NCBI GenBank assembly: GCA_951406725.2
Contig: OX597817.1
Location: 150,722,001-150,786,000 of the forward strand
Reading direction: 5' to 3'
DNA: 64,000 bases
Origin: Octopus vulgaris
Lineage: Eukaryota
Positions within the stretch are counted from its first letter, which is position 1. Every line of letters starts with the position of its first letter. Under the pieces are notes generated by a model. It made no database searches. It had not been told where the DNA came from and was given only the letters and a program-made list of their open reading frames with translations. A program made the position numbers and the translations under genes. Below, piece by piece: positions 38,046 through 51,947 of this stretch.

Positions 38046-38869
38046 GGTAGGGTTAGGGTGGGGGGAAGGGTATCTATTTTCTTCAGAAATGTAAATAAAC
38101 CCAATCTGTTTCTTAAACGAAGGACATATTCATATGGCACAGAATGTTTTCACCTCAATAGACGTCACTGATTGGTTGAAATTGCAGAAATTGAAGAAAA
38201 AAAAACCAACAAATATCTTACAAACTATAGAATTTTTTTATAAAGCCAAGAGAAAAAGATGCATTATAAACACATTCTACCAGTATACGAAGTTTAAAAG
38301 TATTTAGTTACGTGGAAATTATTTAAAAAAACTGCCGCTCAAACTGAAAAGATCCGTTATTGCTTTGTGTTCTAAGTTTTTGCTTAAACTCGTTGTTAAG
38401 AATACCAAGAATCTTTTGCCTTCGGTTCTGTGGTTATTTTTACCTACATAAAACGCCCATCTAGTTTGAAGAAAAGAAACAAACATACATTCAAGATGGT
38501 GTCACCATCTGCCATCACCGCAGCATTGAGAGGGAGAGTCATATCTCCCACCAACCCTCTCTCAGACGAAGATTTTCCTCCTCTTCCGTCGCCCTCTTCT
38601 CTTGTAGCCTATCAGACGAAGGGTGACAGCGGCAGCAGCAGCAGCAACAACAACAACAGTGGAGGCGCAATGGCCCAGTGGTTATGGCAGCGGACTCGCG
38701 GTCGTAAGAACGCGGTTTTGATTCCCAGACCGGGCATTGTAAGTGTTTATTGAGCAAAATCACCTAAGTTCCATGAGACTCTGGCGTGGGGCAGGAGTGA
38801 ACCCCGCTGTACTCTTTCACCACAACTTTCACTCTTTTTTCCTACTTCTGTCACAAAGCAGAGGAACCA

Positions 38870-39530
38870 TGGTGTGGTAAACTTTCAAACCCTAGTCTAG
38901 ATTGTGAATCCTCTGTATCCCAGGATGGTTCAGCTCCCCACCCTTTAAAAGCCACTATTTATAGAATGAGGATAACAATGTAGCTTTTGGTCCAGGACCA
39001 ATGGATAATTTCCAAAAATCTCTGGCCTGGCAATGCTACCAGGGAGCTTGCCTGTTCAAAATAGGCTTTACTGGTACAGAAGTGCCATCAGCCAAGCATT
39101 TCCGAGATGCATGCAGGACGATGAGACAGTCCTGCATGCACTCGTCGAATGCCCAAGAATTGCTGACCGATGGGTTTATGTCGAACTCTTGCTGTCACAT
39201 GTAGGACAGATCTGGTTGTCAACTGAATCCATCATGAAGACCCCACCGTCTTCCTTTACCGGGAAGGGAAGGCTGTGTATATATGCCTGATGTCCATGGT
39301 GAATGAGGTTGTATGGTGGACGAGACTGAAGGGGCTGAAGACAAACACTTTTCTCTATGGCCAATCCCTAATTAACTTCTTCAAGTTTCACTTGAAAAGG
39401 AAAATAAGGGTAGAGAGGGAAGTGTTGTCTACTAACCAGTTTGCTGAAAGGTGGACAAAAGTAGTGAGAAAGGTGCGAGTGAACAAACCTACCCTGAGCA
39501 GACACTTGTAGTTGGAGAAAAGGATAGAAA
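38870..39530 (+). mobile_element. Tx1/L1-clade LINE 3' fragment (post-RT zinc-finger region)
   Basis: Frameshifted ORFs 39001, 39033, 39275: PRCMQDDETVLHALVECPRI (degenerate CCHC), EVVWWTRLKG...FKFHLKRKIRVERE. Confidence 0.75.
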
Positions 39531-40336
39531 AAAAAGAAAGCACCTGCCCCAAAAGTCAGGGTACCCGTGATTTTTATGGAGTTTTTCCATGAGCAGTCTG
39601 GGTGGATACTGTTGGAAGTACAAGTAAGAAGTAAATATAAGTAGAATCATTTACAATTTTTGAATAAGTTGTGCTGTAGTGATGGAGGTATGAGTATTAA
39701 AAGATGAGCTGCAGGGAAAGGATTGACAGAACCCCATTTTTGCAGAGATGGATGGTTCTTTTCAAGCATAACATATCACAATTCATCTCAGTCTTTTGAT
39801 ATTTTCTCTAAGAGATTCAACATTTCAATGTCAGTCTTCCATACTTCATCCCACTTCTTTTTGGCTCTTCCTTTTCTAAACATTCCTTGGAAGTTTAGTT
39901 GTTGGCACTTTTTTATACAACTATCTTCGTGCATCTACATCATATGACCATACTAGTTCAGTCTTCTCTTTCATACTTTTTTTGTCGTGCTATGTACTTG
40001 GTGACCTTGTCAGTGCAGGTGCCACTTAAAAGCACCCAGTCCACACTGTAAAGTGGTTGGTGTTAGGAAGGACATCCTGCTGTAAAAACCTTGCCAAAAC
40101 TGACCTTGTCTGTGCTTGTGCCACATAAAAAGCACTAATTCCATTCTGCTGAGTGGTTGCTGTTAGGAAGGGCATCCAGGTGTAAAAATCTTGCAAAAGC
40201 AGTCACTGAAGACTGGTGCAGGCTTCAGCTTGGCCGGCTTGTGTGGAACCATAGAGATAGAGAGACAGAAACAGGTGTCTTGCTGTAGAGGAGGTACAAG
40301 GTTACCTGGCCGGGGAGATAGATAGATAGATAGATA

Positions 40337-40373
<37 letters not shown>

Positions 40374-40672
40374 GAGGGAGATAGAGAGAGACCAGGAATG
40401 AGGACAGAAATAGGTGTGCTGCCAATCGGAGGGAAATGCAGGAGAGTGGGAGATAACATGAGAGAGATGGTGGCAAAGTGCTGGGCATACTCACAAGGGA
40501 CAGGAATCAGAATAAAAATGGGATGGTTGAGTAAAAGAAGAGATATAGATGGTGGCAAGTGCCAGGGCACACCCTTGAGGTTCAAAGGTCATAATATAAG
40601 AGGCAGGATATTGCCAAAGAAGCTTGAGCAGAGAGTAGGGAAGGGGAATGCAGTGAGTGGGGCTACCGGATA

Positions 40673-41185
40673 TCTATATATATAAAACTGTAGTTGTGTG
40701 AGTGTCTGTCCCCTTCGATTTAGATTCCTAACTACTCCCACATTTTGCGGTGCAGTTTAACCAAATTCGGGTATCTTATAGTCATGATTCATATCGAGCC
40801 CGTCTGAGTATTAGCGTGTGTCTACGATGAGTCTACGATTTTAAAAATAATTTAACATCATTTTTTATTCCATTTTAATGCATAATTTTTCGTGTGTCGA
40901 TGGCGGCGGAGTTGGTGTCCATGGTCACACCTTCACCTGTTTGCTTCTCCCCCTTCTTCTCTCCCTCGTGAAGCTGTGGGGAAGGGAGTGTAAGGAAATC
41001 AACGTTGTAAAGCGTTGTCAAGGAGACCAGCGTTCTTTTAGAACAACGACTTCATGGCTTGAAGACACCAAAACAGAAATGGCTAAGAAAGCCCGAATTG
41101 GCATCTATAAGGGAAGTAACTCTCTAAAAATGCTTATATAGTTATTTCCCTTACAAACCCGAGCAACGCCGGGCAATACTGCTAG
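40673..41185 (+). mobile_element. Non-autonomous Helitron
   Basis: A|TC start (tctatatatataaa), subterminal hairpin cccg..cggg 41158-41173, CTAG|T end, no TSD. Confidence 0.85.
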
Positions 41186-41539
41186 TCAATGATACAGAAA
41201 AACAGGGCCCTGAGGACAGGATTGGAGAGCGAGAGGTAAGTGTAGTGCATGGAGGAAATGTGTGGAAGAGAAGGGATGTAGAGGTGTAGTTTGATTTGTT
41301 GGAGTAGTGTGTGTGAGAAATTTTCGTTACTTGTGATGGAACACACAGGACGGGGGTGGGGGTAGCGGATTGCAATGATACTGTGAAACAGGGCCAAGAG
41401 GATAGAATTGAGGGGTGAGAGGTAAGCATAGTAAATGAAAGAGGAAATGTGAGGAAGAGAAATGGTGTAGAGATGTAGTTTGGTGTGTTGGGGTAAGGTG
41501 TGAGAAAGGTTTTCTTGTTACATGTTGCTTCTACAACTC

Positions 41540-42610
41540 AGTTTCACTGACGTGGGCTGGTCTTCTCAAGAACCTCATATTACCAGACATCATGGTCCAT
41601 TGTCATTTCCTCTGCAAGGCCCAACATCCTGAGATCAGTCCTTACCTTTTCATCCCATGTCTTCCTGGGTCTCCCTCTTCCATGGGTACCATCCACTTTC
41701 AGTGATCAGTACTTCTTTATGCAGCTGTCCTCATTCATACACATTACATGTCCAAACCAACATAGTCTTCTTTCTTGCATGCTACATTTGATTCCTCTTA
41801 TGCCCCACTTTTCTTTCAATACATTTGTACTTTGTCATACATGCACACTGATGTTGCACATCCAACAGAGCATACTACCTTCATTTCCCTCCAGTCTACA
41901 CACGTCTTCTGCATTCAGAGCCCATGTCTCACTACCCTGGAGTATAACCATTTGCACACAAGCATCATACAGTATACCTTTCACTCTGAGAGAGAGAGTC
42001 CTTTTGTTGCCAACAGAGGTAATAGCTCTCTGAACTTCCTCTAACTATTCTTATTCTAGAAACAATACTTTCAGAGCATCCTCTGCCATTGCTAATTTGA
42101 TGACCTAGGTAACAGAAACTATCTACAATCTCAAGAGAGCCTCCTGGGCATTTGAGAGAATCTATATCCTGTGTGCTCTTAGTGCTTACTGTTCCAACAC
42201 ATCTGCCACATACAAAGATGACTTTATCTGCTAATCTACTTGTGGTTCCACTGCACCTCTTATGTTTCCAAAGCTTACACTGGGTGCAGTGAATGAAATT
42301 TCTTCCAACTCCTTTCCTACATATTGAGCAGGGCCATTTACCTGATGGAAAGAGAGTTTTACCTTCTTTCTTGCTAACAACAACTTTGGTCATTGCTAGG
42401 TTAACTTTCAGGCCCTTTGATTCCAGGTTTTGTTTCCATACCTAGAACTTCTCCAATTCTTCTAAAAATTCTGCAATAAGAGCAAGGTCATCAGCATATA
42501 GTAGTTCCCATGGGCATCCAGTTTTGAATTCCTCTGTTATAGCCTAGAGGACTATAATGAATAAGAATGGGCTGAGGACTGAACCTTGAGGAACCCCTAC
42601 TTGTACTATA
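41540..42610 (-). mobile_element. RTE-clade LINE fragment (RT motif YADD, PHD-like finger, 3' region)
   Basis: Minus strand PWELLYADDL at ~42483-42513, ORF 41965..42393 with C4HC3 pattern and VDSFCYLG. Confidence 0.85.
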
Positions 42611-43594
42611 TAAATTTGAGTGTATGTATGTTTAACCCTGAAAGCTTTGAAATGGTGCATCCTCAAGAATAACGAATTCAATTTTTCAAAATCTGCATCC
42701 CAAAGAGAAGGTTGTCCCTAACTAATAAAAAAAAAAAATAATTTTCTATGAGAAATAACTCAACTTTTATATCAACAATTCTCCAACTCTCTGTCATCAT
42801 CAATCTATCTCTCTATATATATTTACCACACTGTCTCTGTAGTTGTTCATTTTCATCTTTTATTTTGTAAAGGAAGAAAAATTAAATTTTTTCATTTGTA
42901 CCACAAATGTCCAGATGCTTACAATATGAAAAATTTCTAAGAGATGAATAATTATTGCTCTGTATGCGTATTTACATGCCTATCCTGCTTTCTCTCTGCT
43001 ACTTCAAAAATGGAGCACTGCTTTTCTAACTTTCATCTTAAATCCAGTCCTACTAAAAAATAGGTAAAGAAAAGATTATTTTCTCTACTAACACAAGTCG
43101 GTACTTTCAGTACTTCCTCAGGCAATTTATACATTCAGTCCTTGTTATATTGTGATTCTTGGAAAAGAGAAAAAAAAAAAAAATCAAACTGATTTTCCTT
43201 ATTTCTTTACATACAAATATAGATATTACATTCATACAATACATACACACTTCTAAAGCAAGCATACACAAACTCACATCCACATACATGCACACATACA
43301 CACACACAGAGTATTAAGTTAGACATGACCAACACTCTTCCCTCTTTATGGTGCCTTTTATTGTTTACTTCCCTGTTCTTTTGTGCTTTATTCTGTTGTA
43401 TGAATGTACTTTTGACTAAGCTTGCTGTCTTTCTATACTTAATTCACTGCTGCTTACTGTCTTAAGCTCCTTCCTTCCTTCCTACCTACCTACCTACCTA
43501 CCTACCTACCTACCTACCTACCTACCTACATACATACATACATACATACATACATACATACATACATACATACATGCATGCATGCATGCATACA

Positions 43595-43630
<36 letters not shown>

Positions 43631-43639
43631 TATCTATAC

Positions 43640-46030
43640 AGTATTTCAGTTGAAAAAACTCTCCTCTCAGACCACGACATGGTACTCTGCAATTTTAATT
43701 CCTGACATAAAAACCAAACTAGCCAATCCCACTCCAAGGCACCCATTTGACAACATAAACTTCCACAAAGCGGACTGGGGAGCAATCAGAAAGGATCTGT
43801 CTTTCATCGACTGGTCTTTTACTCTCAATTCCACCCATATTGAAACCGCATGGCAGCACTTTGAAAACATTGTCACCTATACATGCTCTAAACACGCTCC
43901 CACGAAATCTACTAACACAAACAGAAACTGGCTCCTAAAAAGAAAAAAACACTCATCAGGCGCATCAAAAGACTCAACAAAAAAATCAACCAATTAAAAT
44001 ATTCCCACACACAACATCCACATTCAACAACAATGAAAAGGCTAGAGCTGGAAAAACTTCATCTGCAGACCGACATGAAAACCTCCATTGAAAATCAAAG
44101 AGCTGTGGAGGAACAGTGGGTAATCAAAAACATCAAACAGAACCCAAAAGTGTTCTATTCTTATGCAAATAAGCATAGAACCACTGTCTCACCCATTGGG
44201 CCATTGATTGATGATAACGGCATTCCCCAACACGACGCTAAAGAAATGGCAGAAATACTGCAGAAACAATACTGTTCTGTCTTTAGTGTTCCCACTGATA
44301 TTGATGTAAGAGAAGCGAACGAAGTTGACTCCCAACATAAAATCTCAGACATAGCCTTCACTGCCACTGACATCGTAGCAGCAATAAATGAAGTCAAATA
44401 CTACTCTGCTGTAGGCCCTGATAGATTCCCTGCTAGTCTCCTGAAGGAATGTAGACACCAACTTGCAGTCCCTCTGACCGACCTCTGGAGAAATTCGTTA
44501 GACGCAGGTTATATACCGAAACAGTTTCTATCCCAGTCAGTCATCCCGGTTTTCAAACAGGGAAACAGATCCCTCGCACTCAACTATCGCCCAATCTCAC
44601 TCACCTCCCACATCATTAAAGTGTTTGAAAGAGTGTTAAGATCAAGGATAGCTGACTTCCTGGAGACCCACAAACTCCTAAATACAAATCAGCATGGCTT
44701 TCACTGTGGCAGGGACTGTCTAACACAGCTCTTACACCACATTGAAGATGTACTCAAAGCCTTGGGAACAGGTTCGAACTCTGACGTCATATATCTTGAC
44801 TTCAGTAAAGCGTTCGACAGGGTAGATCATAATATCCTACTCTCAAAATTGGCAAATGTTGGAATCCGTGGAAAAGTTCTACACTGGATTAAGTATTTCC
44901 TGGCGAATAGAACACAACATGCAGTTGATGGAGTCCACTCAAGCGCAGCAAAAGTCACCAGCGGTGTCCCCCAGGGGACTGTCTTGGGTCCGCTACTCTT
45001 CATTATTTACATAAACGACCTTTCCAGTGTCCTACATCACTGCAAAGTGAAAATATTCGCTGATGACACTAAGCTCCAGCAAATTGTCAATGAAGAAGCA
45101 GACCGAACTCAACTCCAGTCTGATCTATATGCTGTGAGTCAATGGGCAGACAGAAACAAAATGCAACTGAACGAGGGAAAATTTGAGCTGATGCATTTTG
45201 GAAGAAATTCCTCACTAAAACAGCCATACTCTCTTCCTTCAGGGGAACCGCTCACAGCCTCTAACAATATCAGAGACCTGGGTGTAATTGTTGATGACGA
45301 TCTCAGTTGGAGTGCACACATCAACAAGAAGGTCGATATAGCTCGTAGGATGAGTTCCTGGATCTTAAGAACTTTCCGGTCCAGAGAACAAGGTGTCATC
45401 ATACCACTTTTCTCCTCCTTTGTATGGCCACACCTCGAATACTGCTGCCCACTGTGGTCTCCCCATACAAGACAAAGCATCTCGAGGATTGAGTCACCCC
45501 AGAGGGCACTCACTAAACGAATTGAAGGCATGGCTGCTCTCAATTATAGGGATCGCCTTAAAGCCTTGAAACTTTACTCTCTCTAGTGTTGCCGTGAGTG
45601 GTACATCATTTGTACGATGTGGAGAATATACCGCCAACTTTGCCCAAACGACCTGAGCATTAGCTTCAAGGTTCATCCAAGACTAGGACCACGGGCCATA
45701 CGTCCCCTTCCCAATTCAAGATCACAGCATACATGTACACTGCAACATAATTTCTTTTCCTCAACAGGCCCTGCCCTATTTAACATTGTCCCGAAAGAGA
45801 TCAAAGAGGAAAAGGATCCCATCAACTTTAAACAGAGTCTGGATAGATTCCTTCAAAGAATACCAGATAAGCCACCCATAATTGGATACAACTCACCCAA
45901 CAAGAACTCACTACTTGAATGGATCATAAACAAAACTTGACTTAAACAGGATTCGAATAATCCTATCAGGTGGTGCTATTAAGTTAGACATGGCCTGGAC
46001 CAACCTTTGGTCGAAACATATCTAAGTTTA
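43640..46030 (+). mobile_element. 5'-truncated CR1/L2-like LINE with nearly intact RT
   Basis: ORF 44033..45586 (517 aa): YRPISLTS, DFSKAFDRVDH, GVPQGTVLGPLLFIIYINDL, IFADDTKL, RDLGVIVD, HLEYCCPLWSP; one premature TAG, then same-frame ORF 45617..45940; inserted in a (TACA)n/(TA)n microsatellite. Confidence 0.92.
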
Positions 46031-46399
46031 TATGTGTATGTATGTATATATTTATATACAAGTTGACAGAGAAAGTAGTCTTTGTGAGTGGCAGATGTGA
46101 AGGTACAATAAACTCTGGGAATATACGGAAAATAGACTTCATCAAATGCCCATTGGAATAATTACAAGTAGTAGATAGCTTCCATTACCTAGGTGACTAA
46201 ACTGGCGGTGGAGATAGTTGCTCTGAGAGCATGGGATAAGCAAGTTCAGAGAACTTCTACTTTTGTTGGTTACAAAGGGCCTCTCCCTCAAAGTGAAAGG
46301 CATATTGTATGGTGTTTGTGTGTGAATAGTCATGCTACTTGGCAGTGAAACATATTTAAAACAAATATTATTCTTAATATTCTAATTGCACATTGTAAT

Positions 46400-47300
46400 A
46401 TTTTTACATCTATAGCAATCTTGAGAAGACAAGAAGCAACTCCCAGTGATGCCATCCAACTCTCATGGTTTGCATTCAAAACTTCATATTAAAACCACAT
46501 CATAGCAGCAGGTGCTCATGTAATTCTCCCCAGCCCAAACAGTCAATTCTGGTGTATCCATATGTTTGGTTATGTTTCTCAGATTCTGCCTTCTCTGCTC
46601 TAACAACTTACTTACTGTCATCTCTAACAGCATATACATACTTCTATGCAGATGATATCATTTTTCACTCTTCATTAACCTTCAACACAAAGTCTAGACA
46701 CCTCATGGCAGATCTCAGCAAACTCCACAATAAGAAACTCCAAAGATATTCTTGCAATGACAGCCAACAATCACTACATATTATCAAGGAGACAGTCTTG
46801 TACTTCATCATTTCAATCAATGAAATAACATAATTCAAACACTGAAAACTGCTATAAATACCAAGATCACACAATTTCTTATATTTGATGGTGAAACCCA
46901 CATATTAAACCATATCCCAAAAGCAAGTCTTCTTCTTCAGAGACAGAAATTATTTCAGCTCTGACCAATTACTAATGCTCCACAAAGTAAGGCTGACTTA
47001 TATATAAGGCAATAGTGTTGCTACAAACGAAATTGTTAGACAGCATCCAAAATAGTTCATTCAAATAATTGGAGTATTTTCACCCCTAAACTCACTAATA
47101 TGTTGAGCAGAGTTACATTATTTCTTCCTTCTGGCTCTTCTACTATTACTACAATGATCATTGGTCCTACAAACTAACTCGATACACACATTCAACACAG
47201 CCAGATCTCCTTCTTTTATCAGTCTTGTTGTGTCTCAACTCAAACCTTTCTCATAAGAATTAACCATTCGGATTTCTCTCCCTGCAGACATTAGCCTATG
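46400..47300 (+). mobile_element. Highly degenerate LINE RT fragment
   Basis: ORF 46465..46833 retains a YADDII motif and a PKQSIL segment resembling the PQGS motif. Confidence 0.5.
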
Positions 47301-49042
47301 CTTATTTACACTTCATCAATCAAGGTGGCTATATGACCTTCAAAGGTCATGTACACTGACCATTTTCCTTTTACTCACAAATTAAAAAAATATATTTGTG
47401 AGCTACATATTTTTTTAATATATATGAAAAAAACTAATTTGGCCTACACATACCAACAACAATGAAAGGGAGCCTCTGTACAATTGCTCAGCCCATTAGG
47501 AATAGCAGCTAAATCTACCTCAAATCACATCATAAAGGTCATACTGTATAAATTAGTCATGGATACACAAAAAGATGGGATGGTCATGGATGAAATACCT
47601 TTAATACTTGATTAGCAGTTTTGGGTATAGTTCTCTTTAATTATACACCTGTTTCTTAATCACCTCTTCAATTCATCTAAATTCTCTCCCAGATTTACAA
47701 CATTAGAAGAACATTGAACTCAGAACGTAAAGACAGATGAAATATAGCTAAGCATTTCACCCAGTATGCTGACATTTCTGTCAGCTTGCCACCTTACTTT
47801 GATAAAATAATGAAAGAAATATGTAATCAATCTACTCACCTTTCTGCAAAGATTTCTTTCTGAGAAATTTCCCACAGTAAAATGAGGAATACTGTGACAA
47901 AATTGTAAAGAAGAGTTTTTTGGAGATTTGACTTATTTCTGCTCTCATATTTTTTGTCACTTTCATGTTTCATTTTGTAGAAAAAAAAACACTTTCAGTT
48001 GTAAAAAAATAAAAAAATAAAATGAGCACTTTAATTTCACTTTGTCACAGTATACCTCATTTTACTGCGTTCGTGAATTGTAAATTAGTTTCAACAAAAT
48101 GGAAAGATAATTTTAGTAAATCAAGAGAAGATGAATTAGCTATATTATATTACTGATTTCAGAATTTTTTTGTTCAATACAGAGAAGGTGGCTAATGATA
48201 ATAATTTCAAAACTTATGACAGAGTGAAATAGATATTCCAAAGTCACAGCAACATTTGAGCTGACTAATTAAGAATTATGGGATTATTGATATGTTTTGG
48301 TCAGAATTTTTACGGGTCAAAAAGTCAAACCTATTCAACCATTTAGCTTGTCACATTAGTGACATCAATTACAAAGAATTGTTGAGAAAGAAGAACAGAT
48401 AGAAAGGGAGGGCAAGCCAAAACATCTGTTTTTCTGAAAGCATGCCTTGCATAATTACTTTATGGAGATAAAAAAATTTCTTACAGACATTAAAATGGTA
48501 GTTATTGAAAGATAGGAAGGTGGGGACAAAAGATTTTATATGGGTTTTTCTTTAAGCATGCCTAGTGGAAGCAAAATGGAAACACAGTGAAGTATCAATC
48601 TGGACGGGTTTCCTTTGAGACAAAATAACTATTTTAGCTCAGTTTCCAATAATTTGGACAACTTTTCTATGTGGTTATAAATACATTATGTTCTTCAATT
48701 GATTTTTGAGTTATATAAAAATCAACAGACAGGGTGGCTGTATGGTAAGTAGCTTGCTTACAAACCACATGGTTTCAGATTCAGTCCCACTGTGTGGCAC
48801 CTTGGGTAAGTGTCTTCTAATATAGCCTTGAGCTGACCAAAGCCTTGTGAGTGGATTTGGTAGACAGTAATTGAAAGAAGCCCATCGTATGTGTGTGTGT
48901 ATATATATATATATATAAATAGATGAGTGTATTTTTCTCTTGTTAACAATTAACACGGAAATACCTTTGGAATAACCTCAGTGAAATCTTTGAAACATGT
49001 GTTGGAAGTAAAAGTATTTGAATTATACCTGCATTAAACTCC

Positions 49043-49312
<270 letters not shown>

Positions 49313-49348
49313 ACGTGAGTACAGGACACTGCAACTAGACGTAGAACT

Positions 49349-49762
49349 TGTAACAGGATCTGTTATCGATTCACTGAAAGGGTGTCGATCCGATCCAGTC
49401 ACATACAATTTTTGTAAGACAATACAGACGAAGTCAGGTTGTAGGTGAAAGACAGCAGTTCGTTTATTTATTGCGATGGCGTACGTGTGTCTGATGGGAG
49501 AAGGACAGCCTCTGATGTACAGCTTCTTGTTCGTTTGTTGAAGAGGTTCGATGGTCGTTAGCGGCTAAGTCGGTAAGGTTATCAGAGCCTGCAAAATGTA
49601 CATCCGATCGTGTTGGCTGACTTGCCAGAGAGGAGGATTTGAGTTTGGCGGGCCTAAGGGAACGTTTTCCGCACATGCGCATGGGGAAGACTTCCGGTGG
49701 CCACCCGGAAGTAGTCCCATTCTGCGCATGCGTGCTGAACCCTACACAGTAGCATCACTACA
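49349..49762 (-). mobile_element. Solo LTR (4-bp TSD), same termini as 36096-36690
   Basis: aact|TGTAACAG...ATCACTACA|aact; minus-strand AATAAA near 49463-49472; CTTCCGG and TGCGCATGCG motifs. Confidence 0.85.
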
Positions 49763-50309
49763 AACTCAATGAAAAACGAAAACGGACAAGCCATATTTTT
49801 ACAACAAAAAAACAGAGACGAAACAGAAACGGGAAAAACTATTTTTTACAACAGAAAAACAAGGTACAGGACAAAACACACAGGAAAAATCCCCAGTTCA
49901 TCAGCTGTCTCTAGCTAACTCAAGCATGTTTCGAAGGATAAAACAGGACACGACTCGTCAACTAGTCCTTCATTGCGAGAGAATTAAAATAAAATTGCCT
50001 CGCATAGTGGCAAAAACAGACAAGAAAAACATGTGACAAAAACAGACAAGAAAAACATGTGACAAAAACAGACAAGGGCAATGTTTCGTTTGTCGTAGCA
50101 CACGTTTCCGTCGATTTCCTCCGTCGATTGTCAATTTCCTCCATCGATTTCTGTAAAAAATGTAAACACTGAATCGGCCATACATACATACATACACACA
50201 TACATACACATACACACACACACACACATACATAGATACATACACACACACACATACATGCAGACATACATATACACATACACCGAGTAAAAAATTACAC
50301 TGAATCGGC

Positions 50310-50343
<34 letters not shown>

Positions 50344-51129
50344 TACATACACACACACATACATAGATACATACACACACACACACATACATATACACAT
50401 ACACCGAGTAAAAAATTTCAGTTATCTCTCTCTTTCACACATTACTCTCTCTGTCTCTTCGCACACACTAACAGAAGCACTTCACTTACACAACATACTG
50501 TCTGTCTCCTACACCCCATCAAACACACACACGGGGACTTCAAAAAGAAATTCCCTCGTCATAAAATCGCTTCCTCTTAGTCTTTTTCGCTCTCATTACT
50601 TCAAATATTCCCGCAAAGCCATATGTAAAAAAATAAAAGTTTTTTACGGAAATCGACGGAAACGTGTGCTACGACAAACGAAACTTCGCCCAGACAAGAA
50701 AAACATGTGACAAAAACAGACAAGAAAAACATGTGACAAAAACAGGACGTAAAAACGATACAAATGCAAAATAAAATACAAGATAAAAATACACGTACAA
50801 GAAAATACAAAACGAGAAATAAAAAGAAAATACAATACGAGAAATCAAAAGACAAGAAAACAAACGAGAAAAACAAAACGAAAAGGCCTTTGTTTGGCAA
50901 GACGAGGACGTTGTAGTAGCAGCGCAAGGGAACACGTCCTTTCAGCTTGAAAGCAGGAGGCGAAAGGAAGTTGCGAAGATGAGGAAGAGAGAAGGAGAGA
51001 GAGAGAGAGATAGAAGAAGAGAAGCGGCAAGAGAGAGAAGGGGAATACACATGCATATATATATACACATGCATATATATATACACATGCATATATATAT
51101 ATACACATGCATATATATATATATACACA

Positions 51130-51182
<53 letters not shown>

Positions 51183-51599
51183 GCATATATATATATATAT
51201 ATAGGTGTAGGAGTGGCTGTGTGGTGAGTAGCTTGCTTATGAATCACATGGTTTCGGGTTCAGTCCCACTGCGTGGCAACTTGGGCAAGTGTCTTCTACT
51301 ATAGCCTCAGGCCAACCAAAGCCTTGTGAGTGGATTTGGTTGACAGAAACTGAAAGAAGCCCGTTGTATATATGTATGTGTGTGTGCATACGTTTGTGTG
51401 TCTGTGTTTGTCCCTCCAACTGGTGCTGTTGTGTTTACATCCCCATAACTTAGCGGTTTGGCAAAAGAGGCTGACAGAATAAGTACTAGGCTTACTAGGC
51501 TGGGGTGGATTTGATCGACTAAAGGTGGTGCTTCAGCATGGCCACAATTGAATAAAAGAATGCAGTGCATGACTAGCATATCTCAACTGCACACCACTG

Positions 51600-51630
<31 letters not shown>

Positions 51631-51897
51631 CACACACACACTGTATATATACACACACACACACACACTGTGTATATATATATATAAAAGATGAATATAT
51701 ATAAATTCCTTTCGAGTGTTGGACCTCACAGATGCAAAGTGGCTGAGTTCCTTTTGAATGTTAGGCCTCACAGAAGCAATGACCGAGACCTTTGGCATTA
51801 TATCATGCTTGAGAAGAAGACCCATCAACCCGAGCAAAATCGCAGTTGTGGCAGATACCAGTGTCATGCAAATTGGCACTCATGCTAGTGGCACATA

Positions 51898-51947
<50 letters not shown>

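Noticed and set aside
47840-47859. Possible 20-nt minus-strand microexon (ctcAG..AAG|gtgagt)
   Set aside because: Weak pyrimidine tract and no partner exons identified; unsupported without RNA data.
49885-49975. Minus-strand CTGATGA and GAAAC as another hammerhead
   Set aside because: The boxes are in an order and spacing for which I could not build stems I-III convincingly.
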